Assembly (NCBI GenBank): GCA_013115125.1
Contig: JABANN010000279.1
Span: 1 to 43,929 of the forward strand
Direction: 5' to 3'
DNA from: Perkinsus olseni
Lineage: Eukaryota
Length of the DNA: 43,929 nucleotides
Shown here: piece by piece, positions 24,391-35,948 of the stretch
Numbering within the stretch: position 1 is the stretch's first letter
How the letters are laid out: the number at the start of each line of letters is the position of its first letter
Position numbers and translations under genes: made by a program
The notes under the pieces: model-generated
What the model saw: only the letters and a program-made list of their open reading frames with translations
Told to the model about the DNA's origin: nothing
Database searches by the model: none

Positions 24391-26002
24391 ATGCGCTCCT
24401 TCTCTGACTACAACGACGGTTACTACTATGATGATGGCCCAGGGAGTCATCCCCACCGTCAGGCGAATTTCGGACAGCACGATGACCGTGTGGCTTATGG
24501 AGAGGGTGGAAGTGCGGAGTATGGGCGTAGTTATTATGATGAAGAGTATTCAGCATGGGATGGCAGCCGGTAAGTGGATGGAATTTAATGTGGAAAAATA
24601 GCAGCTCCTTGTTTCGATCAAGGGACCTTTGGGTTATGAGCCCAACACGCTATCCACTGCGCCAAGCTGCTGATGTATTGTTGTTTGGGCAACTAGGGTT
24701 TGTAGCTCGTTTGTGTCAACTATTGGACTGTTAAGACCGGGTTAGCTCCGCCATCCAAGAAGCGTTCCGTCACCCCTATTTACTTTTTTGCTCGCAGGTC
24801 GGTTCACCAGCGTGGATGGCATAGCAGCAGTGAGGAATTTCGGCGCCCTGGAGAAGATTCCGATAGCGATCTTTCCGACGGGCACGGCTTGCGGAAGCGT
24901 TGGAAGGACACAGATAACCCTGAATCTATGACAGTGGGGCAGATGGCGTCGCTCTATCTCATGCGCGAAGCCAAACGACGTTACGAGCCAATTGAAGTAA
25001 GGCAGTGACTTTCAATGGAAGCCTTCTATCCGTGGGTCGACTCCTCCCTTGTGCATGCATGTGCGCCTGCTTGACGAGATGCGCATACAAGCTCCTCATT
25101 GTGTGTGATTAGTGTCGTAGCTTTCTCAATGCCTCTATCTATCGGGATAAACCCCTGAGAGTTGAACAGCACCAGTCTCAGAGCCATTCCCATTGCTGCT
25201 TACTCTTTAGCCCTACACCCCGCTCGACTTTGATGTGCGAAAAACTCGGCGGCCTCGGAGCTGCAGTCGGAGTCCTTCTCCCTACATGCAGCGCCAAGTA
25301 AGCTGTCCAATAGGTAGTCCTCTCCGGGTCAAGCGATTCCCTCCGTCAGATCGACTCGATGTTTCGAGAGATTGACCGGACACTAGCTGAGAAGCGAGGG
25401 GAGACCAACTCCGACCATCGCAGCAGGTCCCGCTCACGAGAGCGTGAACCAGTCTCAGCAGAAGGGAAGGGTGAGTGGTTCAGCCTATTCTTTTCTGCGG
25501 CGAAGTTAACAGAACACTCGTGACTGGCTTTCAAACGCTCGAGCTGCGACGTCCTCGACTCACTTCTCACTCAGTAGGTAAAGGAGGTCATCATGAAGAC
25601 TCGATGAATTGCCCACGTGAGCTCGGACTCGGCCTCGAGGGAAAGCCCTTGCCAGGGTAAGGCCACCATTCACTGGAACTGAGGATGGTATGTCTCTTTC
25701 TCAGCACTATGGAGGAGGCACGCCTACTGCTCGCCTCAAGCACAGAGCCGGAGCAAACCCAGCCCCAGGCGGCTCGTCCCGATGACCCGTATGAATCAGT
25801 GAGTTCTCTCAGGCCGAGACTCATTCTCGAGTTTCTTCTTTCCCTGCAGTTTCGTCAGCGTACGGCGACATCCTGGACGACGTTTTTGGCGGCCAAGCGC
25901 TACGCTCGGCAGGAGCCGGGAGGAGAAGATCGCCTGAGGGGCCGCTGCAACCTGTGCGGTGACCCGGGTCACTACGCTCGGGATTGCCGGAGACGTTTAT
26001 AA
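24391..26002 (+). CDS. Low-complexity RS/acidic protein with a C-terminal CCHC zinc knuckle, multi-exon
   Basis: Exons join in frame via GT-AG introns; RSRSRSRERE tract; terminal CNLCGDPGHYARDC (CX2CX4HX4C). Confidence 0.72.
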
Positions 26003-26097
26003 CCACAAGAAGCGTGTTGTGCTGCATCAATCCAGGGGGACCAGCTTCCGGTCAGCGAGGGCCTCCCTTAGATTGTTGAACTCCAGTCTTGATCCCA

Positions 26098-28097
26098 ATG
26101 TCTAACTCGAACGCTGACTCTCTCACTGAGTGCGCCATGGCCACTCGTCGGGCAGGCCGACGTCTTGCTTCGACAAGCATAGTAAGCCCGTTGGTTACAC
26201 TGCTTCATACGGTCCTATTCGCTAATCTTCGATTACTCACCGCCAACACGGTTAAGAGTCCTCCTTGAGCATCGTATTTTTCGCTCAGGGCGAGCGTAAT
26301 GCGATGCTGGCGGCGATTCGTTCCAATCTACTCGCCAAAAAGGAGGAGCTTTTGGCCGCGAATCGTACGGACATGGAAGCCGCCCAGAAGGACGTCGGTA
26401 TGCCCTTCCGCAATGTACTTTATCTTAATAGAAGTTGAGTTCTTCAGCCGCTGGCAAGCTGTCCCCGACGCTGTACAAAAGGCTCGACCTTTCCGGCTCG
26501 AAGTGGAACAGCCTCATAGCCGGTCTCGAGACTGTTATGTCCCTCAAGGACCCGCTGGGTGAGTCGATCGCTCTCCTGCGGCCAAGAGAACGTACCATTG
26601 TCAGGCAAGGTCACCTACAGCCATGAGATGACCGAGGACGGTCTTCGCCTCTACCGTCTCACTTGCCCAATTGGTGTGGTGCTGGTCATTTTCGAAGCGA
26701 GGCCCGAAGCTGCTGTGAGTGACTCGCTTAAACCGCTGATCGGACTGCCGCCGAACAGGTTCAAATTGCTTCCCTCTGCATCAAGAGTGGCAACGCGCTG
26801 CTCCTGAAGGGCGGCTCCGAGGCTAAGAACTCCAATGCAGCAATTGTCGAAGCTATTCGTGAGGCCATTGAGCCCTTCGGCATGGCCGACGCGGTAGCGC
26901 GGTGCTGGCTCACGAGATACCATTGGTATGGTAGGAGATCAGGTTCAATCCATAGGCAGTCGGAGTGCTGTGGATGAGCTCCTCAGAATGGACGAGTATA
27001 TCGACGTTGTGGTTCCCAGAGGCTCCAACAGTCTTGTCAAGTAGCGATTGCTCGTGGTTTTATACTATTCTGAAGCTGGTGGCTACTGCAGGTACATCAA
27101 GAGCCACACCTCCATTCCAGTGCTGGGCCATGCTGATGGTAGAGGGTCCCTCTCGATCATCAGGAATAGCAGCCCTCCGTTAGGTATATGCCATACTTAC
27201 ATCCACTCTAAGGCCGACCCCGATATGGCCATCAAGGTCACCGTGGACGCCAAGACGCAGTATCCTGCTGTCTGTAACGCCACTGAGACGGTAAGTCCAG
27301 CTGAAGTCAGGCAGGCCTCAGCTGTTCCACTGGTAGATCCTTGTCGACCAAGCCATTGCCGATAGCTTCATTCCCCGTCTATTTAGTAGTCTTCGGGAGA
27401 AGGGGGTGGTAAGTTGATCATCCGGGAGCACAGTCATGAAAGATTTCAACGTTACAGACCGTGCATGGCGATTCGACCGTCCTGAAGATCCTGGGCGGTG
27501 CGAGAGAGGGCCTCGTCGAAGCCCGTGGCAATGACTTCGACACGGAGTGGTGCTCTCTGGTATACAGAAAACATCGCTGCTTTGGGGATTCCATACCCCG
27601 TCCGCTGCCTCAGGAGTGTAGCATGCACGTCGTGCCGAGCCTCGATGCTGCTGTGGACCACATCAACGTCCACGGGTCTCACCACACAGATTGTAGGGGG
27701 ACATGTATGAAGCCATTGAACGCCACGAGTGGCTGTGCAGGTATCATAACCGGCGATCCGGAGGCGGCAGACGAGTTTATGAGGAAGGTGGACTCAGCTG
27801 GGGTCTACTGGAATGCTTCCACTAGGTTTGCCGACGGGTTCCGTTATGGATTCGGTGCGGAAGTCGGCGTTAGTAAGTGGCGTCCGCTGTCTCTTTGCTC
27901 ATCTCCTTGAAGGTACGAACCGCATCCACGCTCGAGGCCCTATGGGGCTAGAGGGTCTGACCATCTGCAAGTACCGACTCTACGGCAATGGTCATACCGT
28001 GACGGATTATGGCGACAAGCTGCTGCCTCCATCAGAGGAGCCTCTCCCGGGCAAGGACGAGACTGAGCTGAGGGAAATGTATCATCAGCACAACTGA
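26098..28097 (+). CDS. proA: Gamma-glutamyl phosphate reductase (stand-alone ProA/PRO2), multi-exon
   Basis: [100 protein letters not shown]. Confidence 0.95.
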
Positions 28098-28211
28098 GTG
28101 GTGATTCTCTCGGTGTTATTATCTTACTGTTTCTGTCACAACGTCGCTGTGATTGCGCAGTTGTTAGTGGGGGGCTGTGGTACGGTTGGCTGAGCAGCTT
28201 CGCTTCACGAA

Positions 28212-29846
28212 ATGCTGCGATTACCTCACCCACGCCTGAGCACCCTCGTCCGAACTATCCCGACCTCGGTTGCCTTCATCAGCTCAGTCGAGAAGGCGAG
28301 GGAGGTTGCCTCGGCCCTGGGGAAGGAGGAAGTTATCGGTGTGGACTGCGAGGGCGTCATGCTCGGCAGATTCGGTCAGCTGTGTACCATACAGATCGCA
28401 ACCGAGCGCGGCGATACGTAAGTCAGTAGGTTGAGAGTGGCAGCACGCGGGTTTGCAGATTCATGTTCGATGCCTGCCGCGACGGTGTTGCCCAAGCGCT
28501 GGCTCCCCTTCTGTCGGACTCATCGGTGCTCAAGGTCTTCCATGACTGCCGAGAGGACTCCAGTGCCCTCTATCACCAGCATGGGATAACTTTAGAATGT
28601 GTATTCGACACGCAGGCCACTATGCTTGTGGGGGACCGGACAGACCATCAGACCAGCTACTGGGAGCTGGTTCGCCAACTTCTCGTCGACGCCGAGGAGG
28701 TACGTCGCTCTCCCTCATTGGCTGCTGTTCTACACGGCGGTTGGGGGTGCATTAGACGCGCTTTGACCATTCTGCAGTCACAGCTGCCGGAGTATGATGA
28801 TCATACTATGATCTCACCGTCTTCGACCGCTCAGGAACCATCCGATGGGACCCTCGGAGATGACCCGAAGTTCAAGGCACTCATGTCGGAGGACCCCGAA
28901 CTTTGGCGACGGCGGCCGCTGCCGCAAGACATTGTCAAGTGAGGAAGCATCTCCATAACCGCTCGGTTGCTGATGGCTGGATGAGGTCAGTTACGCTCTC
29001 TCTGGTTGCCTTCACCTCATACCGCTGTATCATGCCATCCAAGCCAAATACTTGACCTCAGCGCAAGCCATGACCGATGCCATCGGATACTCTGATCATT
29101 GGGTGGGTTAGACGCTAGCTTGCCTGTGACCCTTGACTTCGCTTGGCAGGTTTCCTACCGGCACTTGAACCCTCAGCTCAAGTCGGCTGCCGACGTTATA
29201 AAGCCTCCTGAGGAGGGGGTGAATCGTCAATCGTACGGCAGGAAGCTGCAAGCTATGCTCGCGTCCCGGACCCCCACAGGTAAGTCCCTGTCAGTCCTTT
29301 CAGTCTTCTCGATCGTCGGTTTGGTTACCGTATGACTATCACGGAATCGTCGGCTGCCGCGATGCAGGTGAACTATTCTGGAAGCTGAACGCCGCCCCTC
29401 GAGTCGGGTTCACAACAAACCCGCGCCCTCTACAACGCTTCCGCGAGATGGCGATCGGAGATATCGTGGATGTGTGTGTTTCGAAGGTCAGCTGGAATGG
29501 CAAGTGAGCATTCGATGAGCCCGAGACGCTCTCACGCCCAGGAGGTTTTCTGGTACAGGTTCTTGTATCTGGATCGGTACGACCATGACTACAGCTATTA
29601 CGATCGGAGTTTGCGGCCCCGCAACGACAAGGTTGGGACTGCTTCCCAGGAGTAACGGTTGGGAATGCGCTAAGTCGCGAAGGAGGTGGTTACGTTAGCG
29701 GCAGATACACTCACCAATCCCCGGCGTATTTTCAAGAGTCAGCAGACACGGACCCTCTCCTGCGAGTGTGCTTGCCTGGTGATGGCGACTACGACTCTGA
29801 TGGTGAGGATGTCGATCATGAACCACGTTGTTTCACACGTTTCTGA
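28212..29846 (+). CDS. EXD1/Egalitarian-like DEDD 3'-5' exonuclease-domain protein with a possible C-terminal S1-like segment, multi-exon
   Basis: VIGVDCEG...QLCTIQIAT, KVFHDCREDSSALYHQHGI...VFDTQ, WRRRPLP; the last exon (to 29846) is inferred from a phase-compatible splice. Confidence 0.85.
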
Positions 29847-30262
29847 CCAAAGACGCTCGCTTGGTGTGAATGATAATGTGGTCGTTCGAATTGGATGGCA
29901 CTTGCCTTCACAAAATCACAACACAAGCGATGCAAGACAAAGAAGAATAGTTATCATAGAAAATGTTCCGTGTGGTATCCGGGGATATCGGTGGCGTCCT
30001 ACTACGACAATAACTGATCATGACCTACATTGTTAGCATTACACTCGGACGGGGGGCAGTGTCCCAACTCACCATGCATGCTCCATAGAAAGTCGCTTCG
30101 ATAAATTGATGACTCGCGTTCGAGACAGGCCAATAACCCGAGCACTCGTTCGATGAGTACAGCTGCAGAGTTGAAGTTCGACACCCGCTGACGCCGCAGC
30201 TCAGACCTGATCCAGATACGGCGCATTAAGCGATTCGTCATCCACTCATTGAATCACCTTAA

Positions 30263-31234
30263 TTAGTAGTCAAGACATACAACACACTCCTCCCCCTTTG
30301 GTTCCAAATGCATCATCACCAGCGATGCACAAGGGCTCAAGCTGAGAGCTCCCGACCAGCCGTCAAGCCGAATTCTCGACAACTGTTCCGTTCTCAAATC
30401 TCCTTCAGTGAAAAGTCGAAGTAGAGTGAGTTCCTGGCACTTCCTACGATCTGGACTGGGGGCAAAGTCTGCCAGCAGAGCTACATCCGGTGTGATCAAA
30501 TGCACTTCGACATAGCGGGAGTAGACCAGTGGCCACGTTGGTAGTTGGATCCAGGAAAAGCCCTCGTCCAAGATATTGATCTCTGTTACATGAAAAGTAT
30601 CCGGCCCTGCAATCTCATTCCCGTCCTCGTCCACAGGAGTTTCCGCGAGGGGAGACCGATTTTGGGTGATGGCTGCAATCCTCAGCTTGCCGTCTGGTTT
30701 CCGAATAATACTGAAGTCGACGGCGATTCCATTCAATTTAGCAAATTCTCGAACCTTGAGGTCGACCCGAGTCAACCTGTTGAACTCAGTAACCTTCTCA
30801 TCATAATTGGCTAACCCCACATAGAAGCAGTCCTCGAACAGAACCAACTTATCCACAACGCTTGTATCAACATCTTCATGGCCACCGATCCCTCGCTCAG
30901 AGAGGCAGGCACCCAGCAGTCCTTCTGAATCATCGTCATCATCATAAAGTAGCAAATGACCGCATCCAGACATGTCACAAACGTCGAGCTGATAGTGCAA
31001 TTTTGTGAGCGGGTCGGCGATGGCAGATTTGTGGTTGAGCGCGTTCTTTCGCCACCATTCATCATCGGGCCGTTTCGGCTTCGGAGGGGCCTTTAAGGAC
31101 AGCCCAACCGGGTCCCGGCGCCCAATGTACTGGCATATCATATAGGTTATATCGAGGACACCCTTCCAATCGGGAGGGATTGAGTTGTCCACCGCGGCAA
31201 GGTCGACCGCGAGGTTCGATAATCCGCGGGGCAT
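30263..31234 (-). CDS. Intronless hypothetical protein, paralogue A
   Basis: 323-codon ORF from ATG 31234; N-terminus homologous to the adjacent ORF (MPRG..NL..DL.A.D...DW...Y.I...GRR.PV.L.L...D.WW). Confidence 0.8.
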   Translation of the reverse strand: MPRGLSNLAVDLAAVDNSIPPDWKGVLDITYMICQYIGRRDPVGLSLKAPPKPKRPDDEWWRKNALNHKSAIADPLTKLHYQLDVCDMSGCGHLLLYDDDDDSEGLLGACLSERGIGGHEDVDTSVVDKLVLFEDCFYVGLANYDEKVTEFNRLTRVDLKVREFAKLNGIAVDFSIIRKPDGKLRIAAITQNRSPLAETPVDEDGNEIAGPDTFHVTEINILDEGFSWIQLPTWPLVYSRYVEVHLITPDVALLADFAPSPDRRKCQELTLLRLFTEGDLRTEQLSRIRLDGWSGALSLSPCASLVMMHLEPKGEECVVCLDY

Positions 31235-31562
31235 GCCGGAGCAATGCGGAACTGCGATCCTGCTGACCGACTGAGTCGAATCATTCGAGCATTTCACGAG
31301 TTTAGCCGACTCGAGGCCAGCCCTCGCCGTACCCCCATCAAGAGCGCTCAACTAAAACAGCACTGAACTGGGAGGAAAAGGACACAAAAAGAACACTTCT
31401 GTTACGAGTAAAAAAATCGGATAAATGTACATCTATCGAAGCAGCACATCGACCGCCAACCTGTAGGAGCGTGAAAAATATAATAACCCTTCTAAAGTTG
31501 GTGAGTGAAAAGAATGGATTTTTGGCAGTGTGGGTGATATCATATGATTCACAGCAAGCCTT

Positions 31563-32501
31563 TCACCGATATAACACTCTGACGCGGCTACCCTTAGACC
31601 CCAGCACAAACCTTCCTGAAGGGCTCATCTCGTAGCACTCGAAAGGGTAGGGTGTAGGCCACCTTAGCACAGGAGTTCTCTTGATGACGCCAGCACCAAT
31701 GTAAAGCAGAGAAAGCTCACGTTGCCAGCCCATAGAGGACTCAGGGCAAGGAATTGACTCGGAGAGCAAAAGTCGGTCAGCAGTGATGAACCTCGGCTTG
31801 CTGCGACCCCATTGAGGATCTACAGGGAGAGTCCGTCTTGATACCACTCCGTCACCATCGAAGTCCAAAATGTGCATACAGTATGTCAAATTATCCCCCG
31901 GCCGACCATCTGAACTGTCAAAATGCACAACGGAGATCAACGCCCTGAAACTTCCGTCGTCTTTCCGGAGGATATCAAAGTGGTAGCCTGCTTGGCCAGT
32001 GACGCAGAGCACACGAGGCCGCTCCTCACCGCAATCCAGTACGAGAACGGCCGTGTATTGGCGATCTGATCGCCGCACCGCCGCGACAAAGGTGGACTGC
32101 CCGATCACAACCACGTTGTCGAGGAAACCTTCAGCAGGCAAAAGATCTCCCGTTCCCAAATGACGGGATAGGGGAATCACTCGAGTCGGAGATCCATGAG
32201 CTTCATCGTGCACGAGAAGCTCGCGGCGGCCCACTGGTAGCTCATGCACTCGTTTAGTCAGCGGCGACGCAGCCGTGCAGGAACCGCCTCCCCAGTACTT
32301 GAAGGCGTGGTCGGCCCACCAAGCGTCCTCGGGGCACCTCCATACCCGTGGCGCTTCAGACAGCCGTAAAATGACAGGCTCTCTTCGTCCCAAAAACTCG
32401 TAGATGTGATACTTCAGGTCCGTTACAGCCCAGTCACTTGATGAGCACGTCCGATCGAGGGCTTCGAGGTCGATGAGGAGATTGGCGACGCCTCGGGGCA
32501 T
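31563..32501 (-). CDS. Intronless hypothetical protein, paralogue B
   Basis: 312-aa ORF sharing N-terminal motifs, PLTK and a terminal SP motif with paralogue A. Confidence 0.8.
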   Translation of the reverse strand: MPRGVANLLIDLEALDRTCSSSDWAVTDLKYHIYEFLGRREPVILRLSEAPRVWRCPEDAWWADHAFKYWGGGSCTAASPLTKRVHELPVGRRELLVHDEAHGSPTRVIPLSRHLGTGDLLPAEGFLDNVVVIGQSTFVAAVRRSDRQYTAVLVLDCGEERPRVLCVTGQAGYHFDILRKDDGSFRALISVVHFDSSDGRPGDNLTYCMHILDFDGDGVVSRRTLPVDPQWGRSKPRFITADRLLLSESIPCPESSMGWQRELSLLYIGAGVIKRTPVLRWPTPYPFECYEMSPSGRFVLGSKGSRVRVLYR

Positions 32502-32995
32502 TGCAATTAAAGGTTAAACTGGAGGTCGCGATGAATGTCACCAATTGGCAGGCATCCGTAGAACCCAGGCTTCAGGTCAGCCATTATGAAGCGAACATTT
32601 AGTGGAAAATTGAGGACCTTCGAGCACTACGCTGCCAAGACCATGCACATGGCCTCGCCACACGACGCCAGGAGCTCTACGACCAGGTGGGGCGCAGCAG
32701 GACCGGTCATTTCTGCCGAAGCATAACTCGGCTTCACTGCATTGGATCATCACAAAAGGCAAGCATGCTCATGCCACGATCACACCGCTGCGCCCCAACT
32801 CAAACATAAAAATAGGATACGATCGCTTAGTAAGAGATGTTGAACAATCGTCCCTAAGCCTGACAAAAGTGCCCACCTTCAAGCTCCATGTGGCCACGCT
32901 AGCGTAGGATATAATTCAACAGGGGATCTTCGAAAGTCCAACACAATGATGACCATAAGCACATTGAAACCAAAGTTATAGTCGAGGAAGCAACA

Positions 32996-35780
32996 CTACC
33001 ATGCGGCGAAGCAAGACTTGACAGCCTCCATCGCCTCGGGGTTGATCACTCGGACCTCGCCTGTCTCACTGAATGATGGCGCCCTGACAGCCTCCGAGCA
33101 CTCCTCAGGCGCTGCGGCTTCAGCCTTCTTCGTAACATGCTGCCGTTTACTCGATGCCTCGTCCAACAGGGGATAGTCCGGCTGCATGAATGCCAGTAAC
33201 TTAGTGGCTGTACCATCTCTTCCCTTCATCGTAACATCTCGGCATTCTTCGCCGGGAGAGACAATCCCCTCCTTGTCGACTTCACCGTGATCCAACCAGT
33301 GGGCGAAATCGACTTTCGAGCTCTGTTTATAGAGGTTGATAGTATGACGTGCGTTCATCTTCGTCCGATGGCCGTCATCGGCGACCCCATTGAAGTCGAA
33401 TGCCTCCTCGCCCTCGATCCAGTCGCAGTTGACACCTGAAAGAGTGCGGAGTTCTCCACACTACTGTGAGCATGATGGACCGTCCACCCTCACCTGTAGC
33501 GTAGAAATTGGGGACGAAAGCAAACCAATTATTTTGGGGCGCTGCAGTCCAGACTAGAACGCAGCCCTCAGCGAGCAGCCCGAGGAACATGCTACCGCCT
33601 CTGGAAGGGACCCACTGAGACCGCCACATCGCAGACTAGAAACTATCGAGGCGGGGTACCTGTACTCGGACCAGGGGAGTGTTAAGCTTGCTTGTGTTCC
33701 ACTTGTACAAACAATCGTCCACATTCGCGCAGCTCCTCCGCCCCGCCCCCGATGGCTTCATGCCATTCCTGAGCAGGTCGATCACCTAAGCAGGACTCGT
33801 CTCGAACCAGCAGAGCCATGCCCCCTCGATCCAGCCTTGATCGCGGAGGGGAGCACAGCGTGCGGGCCCTTGATACGACCACAAACGCAGCAGTTCGTAA
33901 CTCGGCGACCTGCGCTCTCCCTTCGTACCTGCAGGGTCCCTTGGCCGCCTCTAGAATGCCCAGCACACAGCAGCAGCCATCCGGGCTGACCTGACAGAGG
34001 GGCGAAGACAGCAGGGGCCATCCCGACTGAGCACTTGACGCCCTTACCGCTGCCAGGAGGCTTCGGGAGAGGATCAAAACCAGTCCAACACATGGACTCG
34101 AGAGAATCGCGGAGCTCCTGGACCAGTTCCAGCTGAGAAGAGAATCTCCGGGAGAATCTCAACAGACAATCCATACCACCCGAATCAGTCGCACTACAGC
34201 TTTCATTCCACTGACAGGACAAATACGGCCCAACAGTTCAGCTCGTTACGTTGTAGCTCACAGAGCTCCGACGCGTTTGTCGGGCTCGCGTGCGCCGTCG
34301 AGTGATAGCAGCGACCCCTCTGCCGTCTTACGGTCCACTCGTACGTATCAGCGTCCGAGCCATAGTCCGACGCGGGCGAAGCAGGTGATACCCGAGAGGC
34401 CACAGGAACTGCTTGGAAGACCGATATGACCTCTACTTGCTGTACCAAGACCTGAGACGGGAGAACTAACATTTCAAAGAACCCGATTCCGCCCCTACCC
34501 ACCAGCCACGCCGACTGCCCATCCTGCGCCTGTGCTCCGAGACATGCTACCCTTTCCACCGGCCCGTACGCGGGCACCATGTGAGCCTTCGCCAGTGTCT
34601 CAGTTTTGCCATCGGAATTGAGACCGACAGCGAAGAGCCGGATCGACGCTTTCGATGAGCTCTTCTGTCCTTGCAAGGTAGCGCATGCGTGTGTTGGCAG
34701 TGCTGAGCGAATCAAAGATGGGCCAGGGAGGACCTGGGCTCGACAGGAATCTCCAACCCCGACTACCGTCCGCCTCCTTGGCTGCCACGACTGATGCCTG
34801 CCATTTGCAGCGTCGGTCGCACGAGAGTGTCGAGAAGTCGATCCTCGGACCGGACTCAACATCCTCCGTGAGTGCTATTAGATCGAAATCATCGCCAAGT
34901 GTGAGACGAAAACGGAGGATACGAGGCACCTGAACCCATTGGAAATTCTCCCAAATATTGAACGACGATGGCCTTAGCAACTACCACACAGCAGCGAAGG
35001 CCAAGGGGGCCCGGGCCCGGGCCCGCCGCCTTACTTCGCCATCTGCTGGTATGCCCAGAGCTGTTAGAAACTCATGACCGTGGCCGTTTCCAACGACCTC
35101 CATGGAGGCCATCTTCGGGTACTCAGCAGCGACCGCACACTTCTCAGTGACCGGATTGATGATGATGACCAGGAACGTGTCGGCCACGGCCAGGATGCAG
35201 TCGTGCAACCACCACACAGCAATCCAGGCCTGGTCTCGACTGTTCTGGATGAGCGGCAGTGCCCAGACCATGATGTTGGACCGAAGATCGTAGAGACGAA
35301 GGCAGCCAGTGTTGGTGATGGCCGCCAAGTAGAGACCTCGAGGGTCGGTGGAGAGGACGATGAACCTGATATGGATGTCATGGGGCCTCGACGATCGTCT
35401 GTGGGCACTACCACTCATCCTCTGGAGGCACAAGCAGCCCTGTCTGTGTGGTTGGTAGCAACCGGCGCAGCTGAGAGGCTGAGTTGCCGAAGGTGTGGTA
35501 GCTCATACTCGCTATCCGCAGCTCTGTGTCGAAGTCCACGTCCATGGGTCACTCAAAACATACTGAAGACGCCCTTCACTGCTCATGGCCACGACCGTCC
35601 GACTGCCACGCGCTTCTGAAGCATGATGGTTACCAAGCCAGAATACTCTGCCCGGTCATGAGGTCTCCCAGAGGCAATCATCCAAGAGACTTCACGCTTT
35701 GGCCGAGTAACGAGAGCAGATACCAGGAAGGTCCGCATGGTGACTGCCCCCAAGAACCGCCTCCACCACTCCCTTCACCC
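32996..35780 (-). CDS. Multi-exon hypothetical protein with a WD40/beta-propeller-like segment (boundaries uncertain; may be more than one gene)
   Basis: Chain of minus-strand ORFs linked by GT-AG sites; LSTDPRGLYLAAITNTGCLRLYDL is WD40-like. Confidence 0.5.
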
Positions 35781-35948
35781 ATACTGCACAACACGCTACA
35801 AAGGATCACGAAAAGAGCGGTATGCACAGCCAGCACCAGTCAACCTCAAAACTCAAGAAGTCGAACAAGATGCCCATGCTCGCCCAGGCGACGGTAGTCG
35901 GGCGACTGAATTCCCTACAGCACAGCGATTGTGACTCTACGACGGACC

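Noticed and set aside
24270-24400. Splice fusion of THOC2 to the CCHC gene
   Set aside because: The obvious donor/acceptor pair (24279/24343) gives a frame that stops quickly.
25940-26002. CCHC knuckle as retrotransposon Gag
   Set aside because: It ends an intron-rich gene; no protease, RT, integrase or LTRs nearby.
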